64,000 nt of DNA from contig CALRLO020000010.1 of assembly GCA_943368755.1 (NCBI GenBank), positions 420 through 64,419 of the forward strand, written 5' to 3'. Source of the stretch: Synechococcus sp. UW140 (GTDB lineage: Bacteria; Pseudomonadota; Gammaproteobacteria; Burkholderiales; Burkholderiaceae_C). Position 1 is the stretch's first letter; every line of letters begins with the position of its first letter. Below the pieces are notes generated by a model that saw only the letters and a list, made by a program, of their open reading frames with translations, was not told the DNA's origin and searched no databases. Shown piece by piece: positions 28,539 through 43,396 of this stretch. The translations under genes and the position numbers were made by a program.

Positions 28539-29432
28539 TCAGAAGGGAGGCAGGCCGGCGGCCGAGGCCGCGTTTTCGATGGGTACGGCAAAGCCTATGC
28601 CCACGAACGTGCGGGCATCGGTCGGGTTGAGGATGGCGGTGACGATGCCCACCACATGCCCATCCATGGTGACCAGCGGTCCACCGGAGTTGCCGGGGTT
28701 GGCAGCGGCATCGAACTGGATCAGGTTGGAGATGATCTGTTTGCCCTCGGGCGAGCGGAACGAACGGCCCAGGCCCGAGACCACGCCCGCCGACACCGAG
28801 GGGCCAATGCCGAACGGGAAGCCGATGGCCACCACCTGGTCGCCCGGCACGAGGTCGCCGGTGGAGCGCATGGTGGCCGCGTGCAGGTCGTCGGGAATCT
28901 CCTGCGCCTGCAGCACGGCCAGGTCGTTCTCGGCCTGCACGCCGGTGACGATGGCGTCGGCCTCCAGCCCGTCGGCAAACACCACGCGTATGGATTGGGC
29001 GCCCTGCACCACGTGCAGGTTGGTGAGGATCACGCCCTTGTCGACGATCACCACCCCGGTGCCCACGCCCTGCTCCACCTTTTCGCCGGTCTTCTTGTCG
29101 GTGACGTAGCCCATCACACGCACCACCGACGGCCCCACGGCATCGGCCGCACGGGCGGCCTGCGACGGCACCACCTGGGTGTTGAGGGTGTGCAGCACGG
29201 CCGCATCGAACTGCTTTTGCGTGAGCGGCTTGGCACCCGGCGCCATCGGGCGCACCAGGTTCACCACCAGCAAGGCGGCCAGCAGCAGGATGCCGGTCCA
29301 CAAGGCAGCCGGCGTGTGCAGCCAGGCCTGCAGCCGCACCAGGCGGGAAGGTCTGATCAACGCCACAGGCTTGGGCTGAGGCTCGGCCACAGCGGAGGGT
29401 CGGCGCGCGCTGTAGAGGGGGGGTCTTTTCAT
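28539..29432 (-). CDS. Membrane-anchored trypsin-like (S1C) serine protease without PDZ domain
   Basis: TNLHVV (His), NDLAVL (Asp), GNSGGPL (Ser); N-terminal TM; the ORF ends right after the protease domain. Confidence 0.88.
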   Translation of the reverse strand: MKRPPLYSARRPSAVAEPQPKPVALIRPSRLVRLQAWLHTPAALWTGILLLAALLVVNLVRPMAPGAKPLTQKQFDAAVLHTLNTQVVPSQAARAADAVGPSVVRVMGYVTDKKTGEKVEQGVGTGVVIVDKGVILTNLHVVQGAQSIRVVFADGLEADAIVTGVQAENDLAVLQAQEIPDDLHAATMRSTGDLVPGDQVVAIGFPFGIGPSVSAGVVSGLGRSFRSPEGKQIISNLIQFDAAANPGNSGGPLVTMDGHVVGIVTAILNPTDARTFVGIGFAVPIENAASAAGLPPF

Positions 29433-29455
29433 CGCGGCGCTCCCGGTCGTTGGGG

Positions 29456-32185
<2,730 letters not shown>

Positions 32186-32325
32186 GAGCTTCTCCCACGT
32201 GAGGTTGAGACAGCTTCATTGTGGCAGCAACGTCAATTTTTGCCAGAGGTGCCGGCGATAAATCCCGGCCCGTGCGCTGGGGTTTGGCACCCCCGGGGTC
32301 AGCGCACCGGCCCGTGTGCCCTTTT

Positions 32326-33333
32326 TCAGTGCAGCGACAGGCGCGAAGCCATCAGCGCCTTCATGGCGCCCTCGCCCATGCCGGCACCAAAGCGCTTGGC
32401 CAGCCGCGAGGCCACGTTTTCACGCTGGGTGTAGTCCACGATCTCCTCGGCCTTGACCACCTCGCGCGCCACATGGTCGAGGTTGCCCAGGCCGTCAGCC
32501 AGGCCGAGCTCGATGGCCTTCTGACCGCTCCAGACCAGGCCGCTGAACAGAGTCGGCTCGGCCTTGAGGCGGTCGCCCCGGCCTTTCTTGACGACGGTGA
32601 TGAACTGCTGGTGGATCTCACCCAGCATGGCCTGGGCCATGGCGCGCTGCTCTTCGCTCTGCGGGCTGAAGGGGTCGAGGAAACCCTTGTTCTCGCCAGC
32701 GGTGAGCAGGCGGCGCTCCACGCCCAGCTTGTCCATCAGGCCGGTAAAACCGAAGCCGTCCATCAGCACGCCGATGCTGCCCACGATGCTGGCCTTGTCG
32801 ACGTAGATGCTGTCGGCCGCAGCGGCGATGTAGTAGGCTGCCGAGGCACAGGTTTCCTCCACCACGGCATAGACCGGCTTGTTGTGCAGGGCCTTGAGGC
32901 GGTGGATCTCGTCGTTGATGATGCCGGCCTGCACCGGGCTGCCGCCCGGCGAGTTGATCAGCAGCACCACGGCCTGCGCACCTTCGTCCTCGAAGGCCGA
33001 GCGGATGGAGCTGATCACCGCGTCGGCGCCGGCCTCGGCGCCCGAGGCGATCTCGCCACGGATCTCGACCAGCGCGGTGTGTGGCGTGCTGGGCGCGGTG
33101 GTGCTGGGCGCGTAGCCGAACAGCGCCCACACCAGACCGCCCACCAGGGCCAGCCAGACCAGCCGGAAAAAGATGCGCCAGCGGCGGGCGGCGCGCTGCT
33201 CGTTGAGCTGGGCAAACAGCAGCTTTTCTATGGTGGCGCGCTCCCAGCCGGCCGACGGATGCGGCGCCATGTGAACAGGCTGGGGGGAGACGCTGCCAGC
33301 GTCCTGGGGTCGCATGTCTTGCATGTCGGTCAT
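32326..33333 (-). CDS. S49 family (SppA-like) signal peptide peptidase
   Basis: INSPGGS, CASAAYYIA, GSIGV, KGFLDPF, GLADGLG; N-terminal TM. Confidence 0.9.
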   Translation of the reverse strand: MTDMQDMRPQDAGSVSPQPVHMAPHPSAGWERATIEKLLFAQLNEQRAARRWRIFFRLVWLALVGGLVWALFGYAPSTTAPSTPHTALVEIRGEIASGAEAGADAVISSIRSAFEDEGAQAVVLLINSPGGSPVQAGIINDEIHRLKALHNKPVYAVVEETCASAAYYIAAAADSIYVDKASIVGSIGVLMDGFGFTGLMDKLGVERRLLTAGENKGFLDPFSPQSEEQRAMAQAMLGEIHQQFITVVKKGRGDRLKAEPTLFSGLVWSGQKAIELGLADGLGNLDHVAREVVKAEEIVDYTQRENVASRLAKRFGAGMGEGAMKALMASRLSLH

Positions 33334-33334
33334 C

Positions 33335-33721
33335 TCAGAATTCCACGGGTTTGAGGTGGTATTGTGACCGCCAGAACACCACCCCGTCGCGCTCCAGGGT
33401 CTCGATGCGGATCAGCGGCCCGCGCCCGGGACCGTGTGTGCACTCGCCGGTGTCGGGCCGGAACATCGCACCGTGCGAGCCACACACCAGGTAATGGCCC
33501 GTCAGGTCGAAGAATCGATCGGGCTGCCAGTCCATCTCCATGGCCACGTGGCTGCATCGGTTGAGGTAGGCGAACACGCCACCGCGGTAACGCACCGCGA
33601 AGGCCCGGCAGGTCTGGCCGGCATAGACCACGTCGAACGATACGGCCAGGCCCGAGTTGGTCAGGTCGGCGCTGGCGCACAACGGGTTCAGGTCGGGTTC
33701 GGCAGCGGCATCGTGGCTCAT
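33335..33721 (-). CDS. Rieske [2Fe-2S] ferredoxin-like protein
   Basis: NRCSH and CGSHGAMF ligand motifs; start set at MSHDA. Confidence 0.88.
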   Translation of the reverse strand: MSHDAAAEPDLNPLCASADLTNSGLAVSFDVVYAGQTCRAFAVRYRGGVFAYLNRCSHVAMEMDWQPDRFFDLTGHYLVCGSHGAMFRPDTGECTHGPGRGPLIRIETLERDGVVFWRSQYHLKPVEF

Positions 33722-33800
33722 GGGTTGACCTGTCGGTGGACTCGGACTTGTCTTGGCCTCAACAATGAGGGTTCCATTCTGCGTCATGTGATCCGCCACC

Positions 33801-34364
33801 ATGGACCTGTCAACCTGCTCCCGCCGGCACTGGCTGCTGGCCACCGGCCTCGCGCTGTCCAACCCCCTGCGGGCCGCCGACTTCTGGGCCCACGCCCGAG
33901 AACCCGGTGCCGTGGTGCTGTTGCGGCACGCCCAGACAGACCCGGGCGTGGGCGACCCGCCCGATTTCCGCCTCGGGGCCTGCCACACCCAGCGCAACCT
34001 CAGCGAGGAGGGTCGGCGGCAGGCGCAGCGCATCGGTCAGGCGTTTGCCGGCGCACGGGTGCGCCCGGGCGAGGTGCGCAGCAGTGCCTGGTGCCGCTGT
34101 ATCGATACCGCGATGCTCGCTTTCGGCGAGCACCGTGTCTGGGCCCCGATCAACTCGTTTTTTGGCGGCCGCCATGCCGAGCAGGCCCAGACCCAGGCGG
34201 TGCTGGCCGCGGCGCAATCCTGGCGCGGCAACGGTCCGCTGGTGCTGGTGACACACCAGGTCAACATCACCGCGCTCAGTGGCGAGTTCCTGTCCATGGG
34301 TGAGCTGCTCGCCTGCCGGGCCGACAACGGGCGACTTCGGGTGCTGGCGCGGCTCGTTGTCTAA
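33801..34364 (+). CDS. Histidine phosphatase family protein, probably exported
   Basis: LLRHA, RNLSEEGRRQA, SS...RC..TA, LVTHQ; N-terminal RRHWLL plus hydrophobic leader. Confidence 0.82.
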   Translation: MDLSTCSRRHWLLATGLALSNPLRAADFWAHAREPGAVVLLRHAQTDPGVGDPPDFRLGACHTQRNLSEEGRRQAQRIGQAFAGARVRPGEVRSSAWCRCIDTAMLAFGEHRVWAPINSFFGGRHAEQAQTQAVLAAAQSWRGNGPLVLVTHQVNITALSGEFLSMGELLACRADNGRLRVLARLVV

Positions 34365-34393
34365 TAGCGCCATCCCCCTACCGGAGTTTTTCC

Positions 34394-35578
34394 ATGAGCA
34401 GAGAAGTCGTGGCCGTCAGCGCCGTCCGTACCGCCATCGGCACTTTCGGCGGCAGCCTGAAAGACGTTCCGCCCACCGCGCTGGGCGCCACCGTGGTGCG
34501 CGAATCGCTGGCGCGTGCCGGCGTGGAGGGCAAGGATGTGGGCCACGGGGTGTTCGGCCACGTGGTCAACACGGAACCCAAGGACATGTACCTGTCGCGC
34601 GTGGCAGCCATCAACGGCGGCTGTGCCGAGGGCACCCCGGCCTTCAACGTCAACCGGCTGTGCGGCTCGGGCCTGCAGGCGGTCGTATCTGCGGCCCAGA
34701 GCATCCTGCTGGGCGACTGTGACATCGCCATCGGTGCCGGAGCGGAGAACATGAGCCGCGCGCCCTTCGCCAGCCTCAACACCCGCTGGGGCGCCCGCAT
34801 GGGCGACACCACGCTGGTGGACATGATGATCGGCGCCCTGCACGACCCCTTCCACGCCATCCACATGGGCGTGACGGCCGAGAACATCGCGGCCAAATGG
34901 GGCATCAGCCGCGAAGACCAGGACCGGCTGGCCGTGGAGAGCCACAACCGCGCCCAGCGCGCCACCGAGGCCGGCCATTTCAAGGGCCAGATCGTCCCCG
35001 TCATGCTCAAGAGCAAAAAGGGCGAGGTGGCCTACGACACCGACGAACACTTCCGCCCCAACGCCACGTTCGACGACATGGCCAAGCTCAAGCCGGTGTT
35101 CGTCAAGGACAACGGCAGCGTCACTGCCGGCAACGCCTCGGGCATCAACGATGCCGCAGCGGCCGTGGTGCTCATGGAGGCCAAGACCGCGCAGACGCGC
35201 GGCCTGAAACCCCTGGCCCGGCTGGTGGCCTACGCCCACGCCGGCGTGGACCCCAAGTACATGGGCATAGGCCCGGTGCCCGCCACCCAGCTGGCACTCA
35301 AGAAAGCCGGCCTGACGGTTCAAGACCTGGACGTGATCGAGGCCAACGAGGCCTTTGCGGCCCAGGCCTGCGCGGTCACCCGCGACCTGGGCCTGGATCC
35401 GGCCAAGGTCAACCCCAACGGTTCGGGCATCTCGCTGGGTCACCCCATTGGCGCCACCGGCGCGCTGATCACGGTGAAGGCGCTGCACGAGCTCGACCGG
35501 ATCCAGGGCCGCTATGCGCTGGTGACCATGTGCATTGGCGGCGGCCAGGGCATTGCCGCCATCTTCGAGCGCACCTGA
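34394..35578 (+). CDS. bktB: Beta-ketothiolase, BktB-like
   Basis: NRLCGSG, NEAFA, GHPIGATG, CIGGGQG; MYLSRVAAI is typical of BktB. Confidence 0.88.
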   Translation: MSREVVAVSAVRTAIGTFGGSLKDVPPTALGATVVRESLARAGVEGKDVGHGVFGHVVNTEPKDMYLSRVAAINGGCAEGTPAFNVNRLCGSGLQAVVSAAQSILLGDCDIAIGAGAENMSRAPFASLNTRWGARMGDTTLVDMMIGALHDPFHAIHMGVTAENIAAKWGISREDQDRLAVESHNRAQRATEAGHFKGQIVPVMLKSKKGEVAYDTDEHFRPNATFDDMAKLKPVFVKDNGSVTAGNASGINDAAAAVVLMEAKTAQTRGLKPLARLVAYAHAGVDPKYMGIGPVPATQLALKKAGLTVQDLDVIEANEAFAAQACAVTRDLGLDPAKVNPNGSGISLGHPIGATGALITVKALHELDRIQGRYALVTMCIGGGQGIAAIFERT

Positions 35579-35651
35579 ACCGATCTCAACCGTTCTGGTT
35601 AGTAACCTTACTTAGGGTTTGCCTATATAGACAGAGGCATACTCCTCGGTA

Positions 35652-35683
35652 GGTCTGCCCAGCGCTTCGCTGCTGGGCAGACC
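35652..35683. other. Strong hairpin between bktB and the TRAP gene
   Basis: ggtctgcccagc-N8-gctgggcagacc perfect 12-bp stem with no U-tract. Confidence 0.6.
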
Positions 35684-35715
35684 GTCCACCCATAATCCGA
35701 GGAGTACTGTTCTAC

Positions 35716-36798
35716 ATGGATCGCCGTTCCCTGATGAAGAACGCCGGCGTCGCCGGTGTTCTGGCCACGGGCATCGCCCCCGCCGTTCACGCCCAAGCCG
35801 CTGTCCGCTGGCGCCTGGCTTCCAGCTTCCCCAAATCGCTGCCCACCATCTTCGGCGCAGCTGAGAAATTCTCCGAGACCGTCAAGGCCCTGTCTGGCGG
35901 CAAGTTCGAAATCTCCGTGCACGCTGCCGGCGAAATCGTGCCCGCGTTCAGCGTGGTCGATGCGCTGCAGAACAGCACCATCGAGATGGCGCAGACCGCG
36001 CCCTACTACTTCACCGGCAAGGACCCCATCTTCGCCTTCGGCTGTGCCGTGCCCTTCGGCCTGACCGCACGCCACATGGACGCCTGGATGGAGCATGGCA
36101 ACGGCCGCAAGCTGATGGACGAGTTCTACGCCAAGTACAACATCGCCTCCATGAGCTCGGGCAACACCGGCACCCAGATGGGCGGCTGGTACCGCAAGGA
36201 AATCAAGAGCGTCGCCGACCTCAAGGGCCTGAAGATGCGCATGGGCGGTGGCCTGTTCGGCGAATCCATGGCCAAGCTGGGTGTCGTGGCACAGAACATG
36301 CCTGCAGGCGAGGTCTACCAGGCGCTGGAAAAAGGCACGCTGGACGCCACCGAATTCGTGGGCCCGTTCGACGACGAGAAGCTGGGCTTCAACAAGGTCG
36401 CCCCGTTCTACTACTACCCCGGCTGGTGGGAAGGTGGCGCCGAGCTGGAATTCTTCATCAACAAGAAAGCCTTCGACGCCCTGTCGGCCGAAAACAAGGC
36501 CATCGTGCGTGCCGCCGGTGCCGTGGCCGCGCGTGACATGACCGCCAAGTACGACGCCGAAAACCCCGCTGCGCTCAAGCGCCTGGTGGCCGCCGGCACC
36601 AAGCTCAAGCCCTTCACCAAGGACGTGATGGACGCCGGCTTCAAGGCTGCCATGCAGGTGTTCGGTGAACACGAAGCCAAGTCGCCCGAGTTCAAGAAGA
36701 TCCACCGTGACATGCGCGCCTTCCAGCGCGACCAGATCCTGTGGAGCCGCTTCTCCGAGTGGCGTTACGACAGCTACATCAGCGGCCTCAAGATCTGA
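35716..36798 (+). CDS. TRAP transporter solute-binding protein (TakP-like)
   Basis: MDRRSL Tat leader, WRLASSFPKSL, GLKMR, EFVGPFDD, YYYPGWWEG. Confidence 0.9.
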   Translation: MDRRSLMKNAGVAGVLATGIAPAVHAQAAVRWRLASSFPKSLPTIFGAAEKFSETVKALSGGKFEISVHAAGEIVPAFSVVDALQNSTIEMAQTAPYYFTGKDPIFAFGCAVPFGLTARHMDAWMEHGNGRKLMDEFYAKYNIASMSSGNTGTQMGGWYRKEIKSVADLKGLKMRMGGGLFGESMAKLGVVAQNMPAGEVYQALEKGTLDATEFVGPFDDEKLGFNKVAPFYYYPGWWEGGAELEFFINKKAFDALSAENKAIVRAAGAVAARDMTAKYDAENPAALKRLVAAGTKLKPFTKDVMDAGFKAAMQVFGEHEAKSPEFKKIHRDMRAFQRDQILWSRFSEWRYDSYISGLKI

Positions 36799-36821
36799 GT
36801 CGCTGAGCAACGCAAGGCATC

Positions 36822-36855
36822 AAAGCCCCCTACCGGTATCGGCAGGGGGCTTTTT
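36822..36855. terminator. Intrinsic terminator between the TRAP gene and ssrA
   Basis: aaagccccct-accggtatcggc-agggggcttttt. Confidence 0.85.
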
Positions 36856-36864
36856 ACATTGTGG

Positions 36865-37241
36865 TGGTGGAGCTGGGGGGATTTGAACCCCCGTCCGCAA
36901 GCCTTCTTCGCGCAGTTCTACATGTGTAGCCATCTGTTTTGAGTCTCGCTTCCTGTAGCGCGCAGTGGCACGCTCTACAAGACGCCAGCAACCTATTGTC
37001 TCGACCTGCCCCAAGTTGCCCGAGGCGAGCCCAGCCGAATGAAGTTACCCCACAGCCTGGACAGCTTGCGCCACCCTTGCCCAGCCTATCGGCTTGCTGT
37101 TGTGAGGCTCACGTGCAATTAAGCAGCGAGTGCGAAACGTTCGTCGTTTGCAGTTAGTTTTTTTCTGCGGTTTTACGAGGTGACAGAACCTCGACATGCC
37201 CTGCCGCGTGTCCGAACCCACGTCGAAACCAATGCAGCCCC
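36865..37241 (-). ncRNA. ssrA: tmRNA
   Basis: 5' GGGGCUG and 3' CAGCUCCACCA acceptor stem with G3-U, T-arm GGUUCAAAUCC, internal tag GCA AAC GAC GAA CGU UUC GCA CUC GCU GCU UAA (ANDERFALAA) at 37119-37151. Confidence 0.97.
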
Positions 37242-37255
37242 AGGAACCGGGTAGT

Positions 37256-37936
37256 TTAAGCCAATGCGAGAAGTTTCAAGAGGTCGGCCGGACTTTCGAT
37301 GATGGCATCGGCCCCCCAGGCGCTTACGTCGTTGCGCTGACCCAGGTAACCATAGAGCGCTGCCACCGTCGGCATGCCGGCGGCGCGGCCGGCCTGGATG
37401 TCACGCTCATCGTCACCCACGTAGACGCACGCCGCCGGGTCCATTCCCATGCGGCGCGCCGCCTCGAACAGTGGCGCGGGGTGGGGTTTGGGGTGGGGCG
37501 TGGTGTCGCCACACACCACGGTGCCCACGCCGGCGAACAGCGGCAAGGCGCGTGTGAGCGGCAGGCTGAAGCGCTCGGCCTTGTTGGTGACCACACCCCA
37601 GGGCATCCCGGCGCTCGACAACATGGACACCAACTTGGGCACCTCGTCGAACGGCCGGGTGCGCTCGGTCATGCAGGCTTCGTAATGACCGAAGAACTCC
37701 TGACGCAGCGCCTCGTATTCGGGGTGGTCGGTACCGATACCGAAGGCCACGCCGATCATGCCGCGGGCCCCCGCCCCCGCCATGTGGCGGTACGCGGTCA
37801 GCGGCAGCGACGGCAGGCCTCGGTCGGTTCGCATGCGATCTGCTGCGGCACCCAGATCGGGGGCACTGTCGATCAGGGTGCCATCAAGGTCGAACAGGAC
37901 AGCGCGTACCCGCTGGAAAGGGGGCACCGGGCTCAT
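37256..37936 (-). CDS. gph: Phosphoglycolate phosphatase (HAD)
   Basis: [27 protein letters not shown]; follows ubiG with a 4-bp overlap. Confidence 0.88.
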   Translation of the reverse strand: MSPVPPFQRVRAVLFDLDGTLIDSAPDLGAAADRMRTDRGLPSLPLTAYRHMAGAGARGMIGVAFGIGTDHPEYEALRQEFFGHYEACMTERTRPFDEVPKLVSMLSSAGMPWGVVTNKAERFSLPLTRALPLFAGVGTVVCGDTTPHPKPHPAPLFEAARRMGMDPAACVYVGDDERDIQAGRAAGMPTVAALYGYLGQRNDVSAWGADAIIESPADLLKLLALA

Positions 37937-38643
37937 GGTTTGCGGGTGGCGAACAGGTAGTTGACGCTGGTGTCGGCACTGAGCCAGTAGCGGCGCGTGA
38001 GCGGGTTGTATTCCAGGCCACGCGTGCCCTGCAGGTCCAGGTCGGCCTCGCGGCAATACGCCGCCAGCTCACTGGGCCGGATGAACTTGGCGTACTCGTG
38101 CGTGCCTTTGGGCAGCATCTGGAGCACGTACTCTGCGCCCACGATCGCAAACACAAAGGCCTTAGGGTTGCGATTGATCGTGGAAAAGAACACCCACCCA
38201 CCCGGCTTGACCAGTGTGGAACAGGCCCGCACCACCGAACCCGGGTCTGGCACGTGCTCCAGCATCTCCATGCAGGTCACCACGTCGAAGCGGCCGGGGC
38301 ACTCGACGGCCAGTGACTCCGCACTGATCTCGCGGTAACTCACGCCCGAAGTCTGCGCCTCCAGCGCATGCAATTGCGCCACCTTCAGCGCCTTGGAGGC
38401 GAGGTCTATGCCCAACACCTCGGCCCCCTCACGCGCCATGGAGTCGGCCAGGATGCCGCCGCCGCAGCCCACATCCAGCACCTGCTTGCCCGCCAGGCCA
38501 CCCGCAAGACGCGACAACCATTCAAGGCGCAGCGGGTTGATCTGGTGCAGGGGACGGAACTCGCTGTCGGGATCCCACCAGCGGTGGGCGAGCTCAGAGA
38601 ATTTGGCCAGTTCGGCCGGGTCGGCGTTGACGGTGGAACTCAT
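37933..38643 (-). CDS. ubiG: Ubiquinone biosynthesis O-methyltransferase
   Basis: [45 protein letters not shown]. Confidence 0.95.
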   Translation of the reverse strand: MSSTVNADPAELAKFSELAHRWWDPDSEFRPLHQINPLRLEWLSRLAGGLAGKQVLDVGCGGGILADSMAREGAEVLGIDLASKALKVAQLHALEAQTSGVSYREISAESLAVECPGRFDVVTCMEMLEHVPDPGSVVRACSTLVKPGGWVFFSTINRNPKAFVFAIVGAEYVLQMLPKGTHEYAKFIRPSELAAYCREADLDLQGTRGLEYNPLTRRYWLSADTSVNYLFATRKP

Positions 38644-38665
38644 GCGGCGATTATCGGTGGGGGCG

Positions 38666-38695
38666 AAAAAAAACCGCGCCGACGCGCGGTTTTTT
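38666..38695 (-). terminator. Intrinsic terminator of ompA
   Basis: A8-ccgcgc-cgac-gcgcgg-T6. Confidence 0.85.
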
Positions 38696-38712
38696 CAGGC
38701 AATCCCGAGGGA

Positions 38713-39378
38713 TTACTTGTTGGCGCGGGTACCGACCACTTCGATCTCGACGCGGCGGTTCTTGGCGCGACCTTCTTTGGTCTTGTTGTCAGCCACGGGC
38801 TGGGCTTCGCCCTTGCCTTCGGTGTAGACGCGGTTGCCTTCGATGCCTTTGGACACCAGGTAGGCTTTCACGGCTTCAGCGCGCTTGACCGACAGGCCCT
38901 GGTTGTAGGCGTCAGCGCCGACGGAGTCGGTGTGACCCACGGCAATGATCACTTCCAGGTTGATGTCCTTGACCTTGCTGGTCAGGTCATCCAGTTTGGC
39001 TTTGCCTTCGGGCTTCAGCACGGCCTTGTCGAAGTCGAAGAAGGCATCGGCAGCGTAGGTCACCTTGGAGGCGGCAGCCGGGGCAGGTGCGGGGGCTGCG
39101 GCGGGAGCCGGGGCCGGAGCAGGTGCCGGACGGGCGGCAGGAGCCGGAGCCGGAGCGGGTGCGGGAGCTGCTGCCGGGGCAGCCACGATGGCGCCGTCGC
39201 AGCCTTTGGCGGCGGTGGCCGGGGTCCAGTTGGCATCGCGCCAGCAGAGTTCGTTCGTGCCGTTTTTCCAGACCAGCTCGCTGGTGCCATTGCGCCAGTT
39301 GTCAATGGTTTGTGCACCTGCGGCGGTAGCCAGCGCGGCCGTCGCGAAGAGCATTGCCACTTTATTCAGTTTTTTCAT
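38713..39378 (-). CDS. ompA: OmpA family protein of betaproteobacterial type
   Basis: Signal peptide, CWRD..WTP, PA linker, FDFDKA.LK, GHTDSVG, NRRVEI. Confidence 0.93.
   Translation of the reverse strand: MKKLNKVAMLFATAALATAAGAQTIDNWRNGTSELVWKNGTNELCWRDANWTPATAAKGCDGAIVAAPAAAPAPAPAPAPAARPAPAPAPAPAAAPAPAPAAASKVTYAADAFFDFDKAVLKPEGKAKLDDLTSKVKDINLEVIIAVGHTDSVGADAYNQGLSVKRAEAVKAYLVSKGIEGNRVYTEGKGEAQPVADNKTKEGRAKNRRVEIEVVGTRANK
39071..39184 (-). repeat. Low-complexity Pro-Ala linker coding repeat inside ompA
   Basis: Encodes AAPAAAPAPAPAPAPAARPAPAPAPAPAAAPAPAPAA. Confidence 0.85.
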
Positions 39379-39640
39379 GGTTTCCTCATGTGTAGGTGCA
39401 GACGAGCTGCAATCGAAAAATGACGTCTGAAGTGACCACCACTTGAAACGCTGCTTTTGATTGTGCCACAACCGCCTGACCCGCCCCAGGGCTGGGCGCG
39501 ACGCAATACGGGCGGTGCACGCTTTGACGGCCCCGGCTGTTGTTCATGCACCACAACGAGGCCTGGGCAGGCCCCAGGCGGGATGTGGGTTGGCGCCCAC
39601 TAAAATGGCAGATTGCGTTCCGACAACCCGCACCCTCTCC

Positions 39641-42297
<2,657 letters not shown>

Positions 42298-42301
<4 letters not shown>

Positions 42302-43389
42302 CGCGCCCCTACAACTTCTCGGCCGGCCCGGCCGCGATGCCCGAGGAGGTGCTGGCCCAGGCCGCCGCCGAGATGCTGGACTGGCACGGCAGCGGCATGG
42401 GCGTGATGGAGATGAGCCACCGCGGCAAGGAGTTCATCTCGATCTATGAGCAGGCCGAAGCCGACCTGCGCGAGCTGCTGGCGGTGCCCGCGCACTTCAG
42501 GATCCTCTTCATGCAGGGTGGTGGCCTGGCCGAGAACGCCATCGTCCCGCTCAACCTGTCGCGCGGCGGCACCGTCGATTTCGTACTGACCGGCAGCTGG
42601 AGCGAGAAGTCCGCCAAGGAGGCGCAACGCTACGCCACGACGCACATCGCCGCCAACGGGCAGGACAGCGGTTTCACCACCCTGCCCGCACCGTCCACCT
42701 GGCAATTGAGCCGCGATGCCGCCTACGTGCACGTCTGCAGCAACGAAACCATCCATGGCGTGGAGTTTCACGACCTGCCCGACCTCAAGGCATTCGGCAG
42801 CGACGCGCCCTTGGTGATCGATTTCTCGTCGCATGTGCTGTCTCGCCCGGTGGACTGGTCCCGCGTGGGTCTGGCCTTTGGCGGTGCGCAAAAGAACATC
42901 GGCCCTGCCGGCGTCACGCTGGTCATCGTGCGCGAAGACCTGCTCGGTCGCGCGCTGCCGGCCTGCCCCAGTGCGTTCGACTACCGGATCGTGGCGGACA
43001 ACCAGTCCATGTTCAACACGCCGCCCACCTATGCCATCTACATGGCAGGCCTGACCTTCCAGTGGCTCAAGCGCCAGGGCGGCGTGGCCGAGATGGAGCG
43101 CCGCAGCAAGGCCAAGGCGGAGTTGCTCTACGGCTACCTCGACGCCTCGCCGTTCTACCTCAACAAGGTGGAAGCCCATGCCCGCTCGCGCATGAACGTG
43201 CCCTTCTTCCTGCGAGACGAATCGCGCAACGAGGCCTTCCTGGCCGGCGCCAAGGCACGCGGGCTGCTGCAGCTCAAGGGCCACAAGTCGGTAGGCGGCA
43301 TGCGCGCCAGCCTCTACAACGCCATGCCGCTGGCCGGCGTGCAGGCGCTGGTGGATTACCTGCGCGATTTCGAAAAAGAGAACACCTGA
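42298..43389 (+). CDS. serC: Phosphoserine aminotransferase
   Basis: [36 protein letters not shown]. Confidence 0.96.
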
Positions 43390-43396
43390 AGAGACA

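Noticed and set aside
36856-36870. Extra ACC after the tmRNA CCA end as a possible att-site scar
   Set aside because: Only 3 nt, immediately followed by the terminator; no integrase or longer duplication of the ssrA 3' end in the window
39071-39184. Tandem repeats as a CRISPR array or VNTR system
   Set aside because: They are the ordinary Pro-Ala linker codons of OmpA; no repeat-spacer pattern and no cas genes anywhere in the window
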